From positions 3,421,809 through 3,485,808 of the forward strand of contig CP070661.1 of assembly GCA_020355165.1 (NCBI GenBank): 64,000 nucleotides of DNA. The letters are read 5' to 3'. Every line of letters starts with the position of its first letter. The first letter of the stretch is position 1. Shown piece by piece: positions 25,599 through 33,306 of this stretch. The position numbers and the translations under genes are program-made. The notes beneath the pieces were generated by a model that searched no databases, had not been told where the DNA came from, and worked only from the letters and a program-made list of their open reading frames with translations. The stretch is from Burkholderiales bacterium. Its GTDB lineage: Bacteria > Pseudomonadota > Gammaproteobacteria > Burkholderiales > Burkholderiaceae_F.

Positions 25599-26177
25599 CT
25601 ACTTCTTCTGCTGATCCTGCTGGCGCAACCGACGCAGCTGCGCCATCCATTCGGTCCAGTCGACCGGACCGCTTTCGAAGCGCTTCTTCAGGTTGGCCAG
25701 CACGTGAGCCCAGGCCCGGTCGAAGTAGGCGTACGCCTTGTCCCACTCGCCTCCGTCGCCCCACCCCGTGTGATGCAGGCTGACGCGCGTCTCGCGCTCG
25801 CCGAGCGGCTCGAGGCGAACGACGACGAAGGTGCGCTGCGGTCGCACTTCCGGCAGGCTCGGCGGCGCATTCCAGTCGAAGGAGATCATCTTCTTCGGCT
25901 GCAGCGCCATGATGCGCATCTCGTCGGCACCCTTCATTCCAGGCGGCGCCGTCGGGTCGAAGTGGATGTGGAAGGCGCCGCCGACACGCGCCTCGATCTC
26001 GGCCTCGGGAGCAAAGAAGCTGACGATGCCCTCGCGCGTGGTCCACGCCGCCCATGCCTCGTCCAGCGTCGCCTGCACGATGACCTGCTTGTCGATGGCC
26101 CGCTCGGTCGCCGCAGCCGGCCCGGTTGGCAGCGCCGAGCACAGCGTGAGCAGGAAGAAACCCCGCCAGGATCTCAT
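25599..26177 (-). CDS. SRPBCC (START/Aha1-like) domain protein with N-terminal signal sequence
   Basis: 192 aa. A hydrophobic leader MRSWRGFFLLTLCSALPTGPAAA is followed by VIVQATLDEAWAAWTTREGIVSFF..., the usual AHSA1/SRPBCC opening. Confidence 0.65.
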   Translation of the reverse strand: MRSWRGFFLLTLCSALPTGPAAATERAIDKQVIVQATLDEAWAAWTTREGIVSFFAPEAEIEARVGGAFHIHFDPTAPPGMKGADEMRIMALQPKKMISFDWNAPPSLPEVRPQRTFVVVRLEPLGERETRVSLHHTGWGDGGEWDKAYAYFDRAWAHVLANLKKRFESGPVDWTEWMAQLRRLRQQDQQKK

Positions 26178-26217
26178 CGGCCTGGCTCCGTTCGCTGCAG
26201 CGGAGGAACTCCGCCGC

Positions 26218-27192
26218 TCATGGCCTGATCACCAGCTTGCCGATGGCACGCCTCGCCAGCAGATCCTGCAGCGCCCGCGGCGTCTCGACCAGCGGATACT
26301 GCTTGGACACCAGCGGCCGCAGACTGCCGTCGGCCAACCAGCCGATCAGCTGCGCCAGCAGCCTTCGGTTGGCCTCCGGATCGCGCTTGGCGAACTCACC
26401 CCAGTACACGCCGATCGCGGACACCTCCTTCAGCAGCAGCAGGTTGGCCGGGATCTGCGGGATCTCGCCGGCGGCAAACCCGACCACCAGCAGCCGCCCG
26501 CGCCAGGCAAGGCTGCGCAGCGCCGCCGTCGTGTGGCCGCCGCCAACCGGGTCGTAGACGACGTCGACGCCACGGCCGTCGGTGATCGCCTTCACCGCCT
26601 CGCGAAGATCGACCTTCGAATAGTCGACCAGTTCTTCGGCGCCACAGCCCTGTGCGGCCGCCAGCTTGGCTGGCGACGAGGCGGCGGCGATCACCCGCGC
26701 GCCGGCGCGCCTGCCCAGCTCGACTGCGGCCAGCCCGACCCCGCCGCCGGCGCCGAGCACCAGCAGCGTCTCGCCGCGACGAAGACCACCGCGCTCGACC
26801 AGCGCGTGCTGCGAGGTCGCATAGGTCAGCGTGAAGCCGGCCGCCACCGCCGGGTCGACGCCATCGGGCAGGGACGCGACCTGCAACTGCGGCGCGCAGA
26901 CGTACTCGGCGAAGCCTCCGAGGCCGACGAAGGCGACCACCCGGTCGCCCGGCTTCAGCCGCGCGACGCCGTCTCCCACCGCATCGACCGTTCCGGCGAC
27001 CTCGGTGCCCGGCACGAAGGGCAGCGGCGGCTGCAGCTGATACTTCTTCTGGATGATCAGCGCATCGGGAAAGTTCACGCCGGCTGCCTCGACGCGGATT
27101 CGCACCTCGCCGGCCGCCGGCTCCGGCAACGCGCACTCGGCCAGCCGCAGCTGCTCCGGCCCGCCCCACTGCACGCACTGGATCGCCTTCAT
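26218..27192 (-). CDS. NADPH:quinone oxidoreductase / zinc-independent medium-chain dehydrogenase (QOR family)
   Basis: 324 aa. Contains VRIRVEAAGVNFPD, Rossmann motif VLGAGGGVGLAAV and a C-terminal GKLVIRP. Confidence 0.85.
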   Translation of the reverse strand: MKAIQCVQWGGPEQLRLAECALPEPAAGEVRIRVEAAGVNFPDALIIQKKYQLQPPLPFVPGTEVAGTVDAVGDGVARLKPGDRVVAFVGLGGFAEYVCAPQLQVASLPDGVDPAVAAGFTLTYATSQHALVERGGLRRGETLLVLGAGGGVGLAAVELGRRAGARVIAAASSPAKLAAAQGCGAEELVDYSKVDLREAVKAITDGRGVDVVYDPVGGGHTTAALRSLAWRGRLLVVGFAAGEIPQIPANLLLLKEVSAIGVYWGEFAKRDPEANRRLLAQLIGWLADGSLRPLVSKQYPLVETPRALQDLLARRAIGKLVIRP

Positions 27193-27313
27193 CGTCCCTC
27201 CGACGAGCGAATCTACGCCGAAGACGAAGCGCTCACAACGCTGCGCTATCCTGACCGGACACTGCCCGCACGCGCCAGCTGTGTCGCATGCAGAACCACA
27301 CCGGAGCTTGCAG

Positions 27314-28009
27314 ATGATCGACGTCTACACATGGCCGACGCCCAATGGCCACAAGGTCCACATCATGCTGGAGGAGTGCGAACTGGCCTACCGCGTCCAC
27401 GCTGTCGACATCGGCGCCGGCGACCAGTTCGAGCCGGAATTCCTGAGGATCAGCCCCAACAACAAGATCCCGGCGATCGTCGACTCGGACGGCCCCGACG
27501 GCAAGCCGATCTCGTTGTTCGAGTCCGGCGCCATCCTGATCTACCTGGCCGGCAAGACCGGCAGGTTTCTGCCGGCCGACGTGCGCGGCAAGTACAGGGC
27601 GCTCGAGTGGCTGATGTTCCAGATGGGCGGCATCGGCCCGATGTTCGGCCAGGCGCACCACTTCCGCATCTATGCGCCGGAGAAGATCGACTACGCGATC
27701 AACCGCTACACCAACGAAGCCAGGCGCCTGTACGGCGTGCTCGACCGGCGGCTTGCCGAGGCGCCGTACCTGGCCGGCGAGTATGGCGTCGCCGACATCG
27801 CGACGTTCCCGTGGACACGTTCGCACGAGCGCCAGGGTGTCGACCTGGCCGACTACCCGAACGTGAAGCGCTGGTTCGACGCCATTGCCGCGCGGCCGGC
27901 AGTGCAGCGTGGCGTGCAGGTTCTCGCCGACCGGCGCAAGCCGGTGGCGCAGCTCGACGAAAAGGCGCGGCAGAACCTGTTCGGCGCCGTGCAGTACCAG
28001 AGGCGCTAG
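27314..28009 (+). CDS. glutathione S-transferase (Nu-class, YfcG/YghU-like)
   Basis: 231 aa from ATG at 27314. Contains TWPTPNGHKVHIMLEE, NNKIPAIVD, ESGAILIYLA and MFQMGGIGPMFGQ. Confidence 0.85.
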   Translation: MIDVYTWPTPNGHKVHIMLEECELAYRVHAVDIGAGDQFEPEFLRISPNNKIPAIVDSDGPDGKPISLFESGAILIYLAGKTGRFLPADVRGKYRALEWLMFQMGGIGPMFGQAHHFRIYAPEKIDYAINRYTNEARRLYGVLDRRLAEAPYLAGEYGVADIATFPWTRSHERQGVDLADYPNVKRWFDAIAARPAVQRGVQVLADRRKPVAQLDEKARQNLFGAVQYQRR

Positions 28010-28046
28010 CGTTCGCCGCGCGCGGCCACCCGGTTGCGGCGCCGCG

Positions 28047-28484
28047 CTACTGCAGCGGGTCCTTGAGCAGGCGAGCGAAGGGCATCGGCATCACCTTGAT
28101 GCCCTCCTCTTCCAGCGACTCGGCCTCCTCCTTCGAGGTAACGCCGCGGATGCCACGCTCGGGTGCTTCGTTGTAGTGGATGCGCCGTGCCTCCTCGGCG
28201 AAGCGCTCGCCGACGTCCTCGGTGCTGGCGACGATTTCGCGCGCCATCTTCAGCAACAGCGCCTGCATCTGCTCGGCGGTCGGCATCACCGCGGTCTGCC
28301 GCTGCGGCGGCGCTTGCGCGCCGAGATTCAGCCGCGGCGCCGACAGCGCCTTGGTGACGGAGGTCGAACCGCAGACCGGGCATTGCACACGGCCGCCGGC
28401 AACCTGCGTGTCGAACGCCTCCGCCGACGCAAACCAGCCCTCGAACGAGTGCTGGTGGTCGCAATTGAGGTTGAATACCTTCAA
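28047..28484 (-). CDS. DUF1178 family zinc-ribbon protein
   Basis: 145 aa if started at the in-frame TTG at 28484 (MKVFNLNCDHQHSFEGWF...CPVCGS). The ATG at 28532 would overlap tRNA-Leu. The family normally opens with M-x-V-F-D/N-L-x-C. Confidence 0.65.
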   Translation of the reverse strand: MKVFNLNCDHQHSFEGWFASAEAFDTQVAGGRVQCPVCGSTSVTKALSAPRLNLGAQAPPQRQTAVMPTAEQMQALLLKMAREIVASTEDVGERFAEEARRIHYNEAPERGIRGVTSKEEAESLEEEGIKVMPMPFARLLKDPLQ

Positions 28485-28502
28485 GCGTGACTCGGCAAGT
28501 CC

Positions 28503-28593
28503 TGGTGCCGCGGGCCGGACTCGAACCGGCATGCCCGGATTAGCGAGCGGCGGATTTTAAGTCCGCTGTGTCTACCGATTTCACCACCGCGGC
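28503..28593 (-). tRNA. tRNA-Leu (anticodon UAA), long variable arm, encoded CCA
   Basis: Reverse complement is GCCGCGGTGGTGAAATCGGTAGACACAGCGGACTTAAAATCCGC...GCCGGTTCGAGTCCGGCCCGCGGCACCA. 7-bp acceptor stem, anticodon stem GCGGA/TCCGC with loop CTTAAAA, and a 5-bp variable stem. Confidence 0.9.
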
Positions 28594-28649
28594 GCGCGAC
28601 GATCGGGTGTTGCCCCGCGCCGGTCGGCAGGCGCGCGAAGCAGATGCAC

Positions 28650-28723
28650 TGGAGGCGGGAGTCGGAATCGAACCGGCGTACACGGATTTGCAGTCCGCTG
28701 CATGACCACTCTGCCATCCCGCC
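28650..28723 (-). tRNA. tRNA-Cys (anticodon GCA), encoded CCA
   Basis: Reverse complement is GGCGGGATGGCAGAGTGGTCATGCAGCGGACTGCAAATCCGTGTACGCCGGTTCGATTCCGACTCCCGCCTCCA. U73 discriminator. One C-A mismatch in the T stem. Confidence 0.9.
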
Positions 28724-28772
28724 ATGATCCTGCCGGCCGATTGTAGCGGCGTCGTCCGGCGCTCAGAAGCGA

Positions 28773-28799
28773 AAGGGGAAGCCTGCGCAGCTTCCCCTT
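28773..28799 (-). other. 10-bp stem-loop in the tRNA-Gly / tRNA-Cys spacer
   Basis: AAGGGGAAGC-ctgcgca-GCTTCCCCTT, a perfect stem. On the transcribed strand it is followed by TCGCTTCTG. Confidence 0.5.
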
Positions 28800-28809
28800 C
28801 GATCGAAAC

Positions 28810-28885
28810 TGGAGCGGGAAACGAGTCTCGAACTCGCGACCTCAACCTTGGCAAGGTTGCGCTCTACCAACTGAGCTATTCCCGC
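28810..28885 (-). tRNA. tRNA-Gly (anticodon GCC), encoded CCA
   Basis: Reverse complement is GCGGGAATAGCTCAGTTGGTAGAGCGCAACCTTGCCAAGGTTGAGGTCGCGAGTTCGAGACTCGTTTCCCGCTCCA, nearly identical in architecture to the enterobacterial tRNA-Gly(GCC). Confidence 0.95.
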
Positions 28886-28895
28886 GAAGGCGCGA

Positions 28896-28923
28896 ATTAT
28901 ATCGGCCGAGCCGGACCTGTCAA
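28896..28923 (-). promoter_or_regulatory. consensus sigma-70 promoter of the tRNA Gly-Cys-Leu operon
   Basis: The minus strand reads TTGACA (28923-28918), a 16-nt spacer, then TATAAT (28901-28896), followed by a GC-rich discriminator TCGCGCC. The tRNA-Gly 5' end lies 10 nt after the -10. Confidence 0.8.
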
Positions 28924-28934
28924 AACCGCGCCGG

Positions 28935-29513
28935 CTAGCCGTCGACACTGCTGTTCAGGTGCGGCCAGGCCAGCCGCAGGTAATACAGCATCGAGTACAC
29001 CGTCAGCGCCGCGGCGAGGTAGATCAGCACCGTGCCGATCGCCGCCACCGGGATCACGCCGAACAGCGGGTCGTGGTACAGCAGTACCGGTATTGCCACC
29101 ATCTGCATGACCGTCTTGAGCTTGCCGAGCCAGTTGACGGCGACGCTCGCCGACGCGCCGACGTAGGCCATCCACTCGCGCAGCGCCGAGACCGTGATCT
29201 CGCGGCCGACGATCACCAGCGCCACGAACTCGTCGATGCGGCCGAGCGCCAGCAGCACCACCAGCGCGGCGCAGACCATCAGCTTGTCGGCAACGGGGTC
29301 GAGGAAGGCACCCAGCGGCGTGGTCAGCTGGTACTTGCGCGCGAGGTAGCCGTCGAAGCCATCGGTGATGGCGGCCAGCGTGAACACCGCGCAGGCCGTC
29401 ACGTTCTTCCAGTGCGGCAGCAGCCACGCGTCGGGCAGGTAGAAGACGCCGAGGACCATCGGGATCATCCCGATCCGCGCCCAGGTCAGGATCATCGGCA
29501 GGTTGATCTTCAT
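28935..29513 (-). CDS. pgsA: CDP-diacylglycerol--glycerol-3-phosphate 3-phosphatidyltransferase
   Basis: 192 aa from ATG at 29513 (MKINLPMILTWARI). CDP-alcohol phosphatidyltransferase motif DGFDGYLARKYQLTTPLGAFLDPVADK. Confidence 0.92.
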   Translation of the reverse strand: MKINLPMILTWARIGMIPMVLGVFYLPDAWLLPHWKNVTACAVFTLAAITDGFDGYLARKYQLTTPLGAFLDPVADKLMVCAALVVLLALGRIDEFVALVIVGREITVSALREWMAYVGASASVAVNWLGKLKTVMQMVAIPVLLYHDPLFGVIPVAAIGTVLIYLAAALTVYSMLYYLRLAWPHLNSSVDG

Positions 29514-29520
29514 CTGCTGC

Positions 29521-31386
29521 TCAGCCCGGCTGTCCGTGCAGTTGCGCGTAGATTCGTTCGGCGAGCTTACGGGAAACGCCGTCGACACGCGCGATGTCCT
29601 CCACCGATGCCGCCATCAGCCCGCGCAGTCCGCCGAAGCGCGCCAGCAGCCGCTGCCGCCGCTTGGGGCCGATGCCATCCATCTCCTCGAGCTGCGAACT
29701 GGCGCGCGGCCGGGCGCGCCGCGCCCGCATGCCGGTGATGGCAAAGCGGTGCGCCTCGTCGCGGATCTGCGCGATGAGCAGCAGCGCCTGCGACTCGCGG
29801 CCAAGCTGCATCGGCGGCCGGCCGTCGGCGAAGACCAGTTCCTCCGAGCCGGTCCTGCGCTCGGGCCCCTTGGCCACGCCGACCAGCACGCCGGCGTCGA
29901 GGCCGAGTTCCTCGAAGACCTGCCGCGCCACCTCGACCTGGCCGGCACCGCCGTCGATCAGCACCAGGCCAGGCAGCAGCCCCTCGCCGCGGGCAATCCG
30001 CTGGAAGCGCCGCGTCAGCACCTGGCGCATCGCCGCGTAGTCATCGCCGGGGGCGACGTCGTCGATGTTGAAGCGCCGGTACTCGGCCGGCTGCACCGCG
30101 TGGTCGTGATAGACGACGCACGCCGCCTGCGTCGCCTCGCCCATGGTGTGGCTGACGTCGAAGCACTCGACTCGCAGGCGCGCCGGATCGCCGTCGGGGG
30201 CCTCGACGCCGAGGACATCGATCAGCGCCCGTGTCCGTGCCTGCTGCGAGCCCTCTTCCGCCATCCGGCGCGCCAGCGCCAGGCCGGCGTTGGCCTCGGC
30301 CATCTCCAGCCAGCGGCGGCGCTGCCCCTGCGGCTGGCTGAGGATCTGCAGCCGCTCGCCTGCCGGACGGATCATCGGCGCCAGTTCCTCGGCATCGAGC
30401 TCGGCGTTGACCACCAGCAGCGGCGGCGCCGACAGGTCTGCGTAGTGCTGCGAGACGAACGCCTCCAGCACCTCCGCCGCGGTCGCGCCGGCGGCCTGCC
30501 GGGCCGGGAAGAACGGCCGATCGCCGAGGTGCCGGCCACCGCGCACCATGGCCAGGTTGACGCAGGCCTGCTCCTGCCCGATCACCGCCGCGATCACGTC
30601 GGCGTCGGTGTCGCCGCCGGTGGTCTCGACTGCCTGCTGGTGCAGCACGCGCGACAGGCTGCCGAGCTGGTCGCGCACGGCGGCGGCCTCCTCGAAGCGC
30701 AGCGCTTCGGCCAGCTGCTGCATCCTCGCTTCGAGCTCGGCCGTCACCTGGCTGGTCTGACCGTGCAGGAAGCGCACCGCACGGTCGACGTCGGCCGCAT
30801 AGGCGTCGGCGTCGATCAGCCCGACGCACGGCGCGCTGCAGCGGCCGATCTGGTGCAGCAGGCAGGGCCGCGATCGGTTGGCGAACACGGTGTCCTCGCA
30901 GGTACGCAGGCGGAACACCTTCTGCAGCACGCGGATGCTGTCCTTCACCGCCCAGGCGTTCGGATAGGGGCCGAAATAGCGGGCGCGGCGGTCCGGCGCG
31001 CCGCGGAAGTAGGCGACGCGCGGAAAGGCGTGCGAGCTGAACTTCAGGTACGGGTACGACTTGTCGTCGCGGAACAGGATGTTGTAGCGCGGCGCCAGCT
31101 GCTTGATCAGGTTGTTCTCGAGCAGCAGCGCCTCGGCCTCGGAGCGCGTCACCGTCGTGTCGATGCCGGCAACGCGCTCGAGCATGAGCGCGGTGCGCGG
31201 GCCGACCGCCTTGCTGAAGTAGGAGCCGACGCGCTTTCGCAGGTCGCGCGCCTTGCCGACGTACAGGACCTGCCCCGACGCGTCCAGCATCCGGTACACG
31301 CCGGGCAGCCGCGGCAGCCGCTTGACGAGCGCGCGCGCGTCGAATCCTGCCGGGGCTGTTTCGCTGGGGTTTTCCGAGGGCGACAC
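29521..31386 (-). CDS. uvrC: excinuclease ABC subunit C
   Basis: 621 aa with a GTG start. GIY-YIG block [24 protein letters not shown], a UVR domain, an endonuclease V-like domain and a C-terminal (HhH)2. Confidence 0.95.
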   Translation of the reverse strand: MSPSENPSETAPAGFDARALVKRLPRLPGVYRMLDASGQVLYVGKARDLRKRVGSYFSKAVGPRTALMLERVAGIDTTVTRSEAEALLLENNLIKQLAPRYNILFRDDKSYPYLKFSSHAFPRVAYFRGAPDRRARYFGPYPNAWAVKDSIRVLQKVFRLRTCEDTVFANRSRPCLLHQIGRCSAPCVGLIDADAYAADVDRAVRFLHGQTSQVTAELEARMQQLAEALRFEEAAAVRDQLGSLSRVLHQQAVETTGGDTDADVIAAVIGQEQACVNLAMVRGGRHLGDRPFFPARQAAGATAAEVLEAFVSQHYADLSAPPLLVVNAELDAEELAPMIRPAGERLQILSQPQGQRRRWLEMAEANAGLALARRMAEEGSQQARTRALIDVLGVEAPDGDPARLRVECFDVSHTMGEATQAACVVYHDHAVQPAEYRRFNIDDVAPGDDYAAMRQVLTRRFQRIARGEGLLPGLVLIDGGAGQVEVARQVFEELGLDAGVLVGVAKGPERRTGSEELVFADGRPPMQLGRESQALLLIAQIRDEAHRFAITGMRARRARPRASSQLEEMDGIGPKRRQRLLARFGGLRGLMAASVEDIARVDGVSRKLAERIYAQLHGQPG

Positions 31387-31490
31387 GTCGCTTTGACCGT
31401 TTTGCCCCCTCTATAATGGCGGGCTTCGCAGGCATCTGTTGCGGCCCGACATTTTAAGAGCGGCGGCCGCCTCCCCCTTCAGGACCCATC

Positions 31491-32057
31491 ATGGCAAAGA
31501 TCCTCGCCACCGAAATCCGCGCCGGCAACCTGATCGAGCTCGACAAGCGCATCTGGCGCGTGCTGAAGTCGCACCACGTGCACGTCGGCGGGCGCGGCGG
31601 CGCTTACATGCAGCTGGAGATCAAGGACATCGAGAGCGGGCAGAAGCGCAACGAGCGGCTGTCGACCGACGACCGTGTCGAGCGCCCGTTCATCGACCGC
31701 CGCACGATGACCTACTCGTACCAGGACGGCACCAGCTACGTCTTCATGGACAACGAGACCTACGAGCAGATCACGCTCGGCGCCGACTTCCTCGAGGGCC
31801 AGTCCGACTACCTGCTGCCCAGCATGGAGGTCGAGATCAACTTCCACAACGAGCGGCCGATCGGCATCCAGCTGCCCACCAGTGTCGTGCTCGAGGTGGT
31901 CGAGACCGAGCCCGGCATCAAGAACGCCACCGCCACGACCTCGTTCAAGCCGGCCAGGCTCGAGACCGGCATCACCGTGCAGGTGCCGCCGTTCGTCGGT
32001 ACCGGCGAGAAGATCCGCGTCAGCACCGACGACGGCTCCTACATCGAGCGCGCCTGA
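31491..32057 (+). CDS. efp: elongation factor P family protein (atypical Arg-tipped loop)
   Basis: 188 aa with a three-domain EF-P layout. Contains YVFMDNETYEQ and VETEPGIKNATATTSFKPARLETGITVQVPPFVGTGEKIRV. The modification loop reads HVHVGGRGGAY (Arg35, nt 31593-31595). Confidence 0.85.
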   Translation: MAKILATEIRAGNLIELDKRIWRVLKSHHVHVGGRGGAYMQLEIKDIESGQKRNERLSTDDRVERPFIDRRTMTYSYQDGTSYVFMDNETYEQITLGADFLEGQSDYLLPSMEVEINFHNERPIGIQLPTSVVLEVVETEPGIKNATATTSFKPARLETGITVQVPPFVGTGEKIRVSTDDGSYIERA

Positions 32058-32067
32058 CGGTGCCGCG

Positions 32068-33282
32068 ATGACGGCAAACGCCGCCCCCTTGCCGCGCGCC
32101 GCGCTGGCCGGCGTGCGGGTGGTCGAGATGGGCCAGCTGATCGCCGGGCCATTCGCCGGCAAGATGCTCGGCGAGTTCGGTGCCGACGTGATCAAGATCG
32201 AGCCGCCGGGCAGCGGCGACCCGCTGCGCAAGTGGCGGATGCTCAAGGACGGCACCTCGGTGTGGTGGCAGGTTCAGTCGCGCAACAAGCGCTCGCTGGC
32301 GCTCGACCTGCGCGCCGCCGAGGGCCAGGACGTCGCCCGCCGGCTGATCGCCGAGGCCGACGTGCTGATCGAGAACTTTCGCCCCGGGACGCTGGAAGGC
32401 TGGGGACTCGGCTGGGAGCAGCTGCGGGCGCTCAATCCGGGCCTGGTGATGCTGCGCATCTCCGGCTACGGGCAGACCGGCCCGTATCGCGATCAGCCCG
32501 GCTTCGGCGTCATCGGCGAGGCCATGGGCGGCCTGCGCCATTTGACCGGCGAGCCCGGGCGCGTGCCCGTGCGCGTTGGCGTCTCGATCGGCGATACGCT
32601 GGCGGCGCTGCACGGCGTGATCGGGGTGATGATGGCGCTTTACCACCGCAAGGTGAACGGCGGCGCCGGCCAGGTGATCGACGTGGCGCTGCACGAGGCG
32701 GTCTTCAACGTGATGGAGAGCCTGATCCCCGAGTACAGCGTCTTCGGTGCCGTACGAGAGCCGACCGGCAGCAGCATGCCCGGCATCGCGCCGACCAACG
32801 CCTACCGCTGCAGCGACGGCTTCGCCTTGATCGCCGGCAACGGCGACAGCATCTTCAGGCGGCTGATGGAAGCGGTCGGCCGCATCGACCTCGCCCATGC
32901 GCCGGACCTGGCCGGCAACGTCGGCCGCGTGGCCCGGGTGGCCGAGATCGACGCAGCGATCGAGGCATGGACCTCGACGCGCACGGTCGCCGACGTCCTG
33001 GCTGCGATGGCCGCCGCACGCGTGCCGGCCGGAAGGGTCTATACGGCGAAGGACATCCACCAGGATCCGCACTACCGCGCGCGCGAGATGATCGTCCGTC
33101 AGGTCACCCGCGACGGTTGGTCGCTCGACGTCCCCGGCGTCGTGCCGAAGCTGTCGGAGACGCCCGGCACGCTGCATTCGCCCGCGCCTCGCCTCGGCGA
33201 GGACACCGACGCGGTGCTGCGCGAACTGGGTCTCGACGAGGAAGCGATCGCCGCGCTGCGCGCCAGGGGCGTGCTCGGCTGA
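32068..33282 (+). CDS. family III CoA-transferase (CaiB/BaiF)
   Basis: 404 aa from ATG at 32068, 10 nt after the efp stop. Contains LAGVRVVEMGQLIAGPFAGKMLGEFGADVIKIEPP, ISGYGQTGPY and the catalytic-Asp region GIAPTNAYRCSDG. Confidence 0.85.
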   Translation: MTANAAPLPRAALAGVRVVEMGQLIAGPFAGKMLGEFGADVIKIEPPGSGDPLRKWRMLKDGTSVWWQVQSRNKRSLALDLRAAEGQDVARRLIAEADVLIENFRPGTLEGWGLGWEQLRALNPGLVMLRISGYGQTGPYRDQPGFGVIGEAMGGLRHLTGEPGRVPVRVGVSIGDTLAALHGVIGVMMALYHRKVNGGAGQVIDVALHEAVFNVMESLIPEYSVFGAVREPTGSSMPGIAPTNAYRCSDGFALIAGNGDSIFRRLMEAVGRIDLAHAPDLAGNVGRVARVAEIDAAIEAWTSTRTVADVLAAMAAARVPAGRVYTAKDIHQDPHYRAREMIVRQVTRDGWSLDVPGVVPKLSETPGTLHSPAPRLGEDTDAVLRELGLDEEAIAALRARGVLG

Positions 33283-33306
33283 GCCGGACCGCGCCGCCGC
33301 CTGCCC

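Noticed and set aside
25831-28176. 781-aa plus-strand ORF across the SRPBCC, QOR and GST region; also 38928-41333 (801 aa) and 61514-63034 (506 aa)
   Set aside because: All are antisense or out-of-frame shadows of genes with clear family motifs (QOR Rossmann motif, LepA/LepB motifs, ALDH catalytic Cys).
28481-28948. Small ORFs overlapping the tRNA cluster (28481-28717, 28540-28854, 28724-29110, 28763-28948) and the ATG at 28532 as a start for the DUF1178 gene
   Set aside because: They overlap three canonical tRNA genes. The DUF1178 family N-terminus (M-K-V-F-N-L-x-C) aligns with the TTG at 28484, downstream of tRNA-Leu.
28000-29000. tRNA cluster as a possible genomic-island or integrase attachment site
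   Set aside because: There is no integrase, recombinase, direct repeat of a tRNA 3' end or foreign-looking gene on either side. The neighbours (pgsA, uvrC, DUF1178, GST) are ordinary and the uvrC-pgsA-tRNA order matches E. coli.
31393-31417. TTGACC ... TATAAT upstream of efp as a canonical sigma-70 promoter
   Set aside because: The -10 (31412-31417) is perfect, but the TTGACC hexamer is only 13 nt upstream. Hexamers at 16-18 nt spacing (GCTTTG/CGCTTT) are poor. This is possibly a real promoter, but not supportable as a consensus one from sequence alone.
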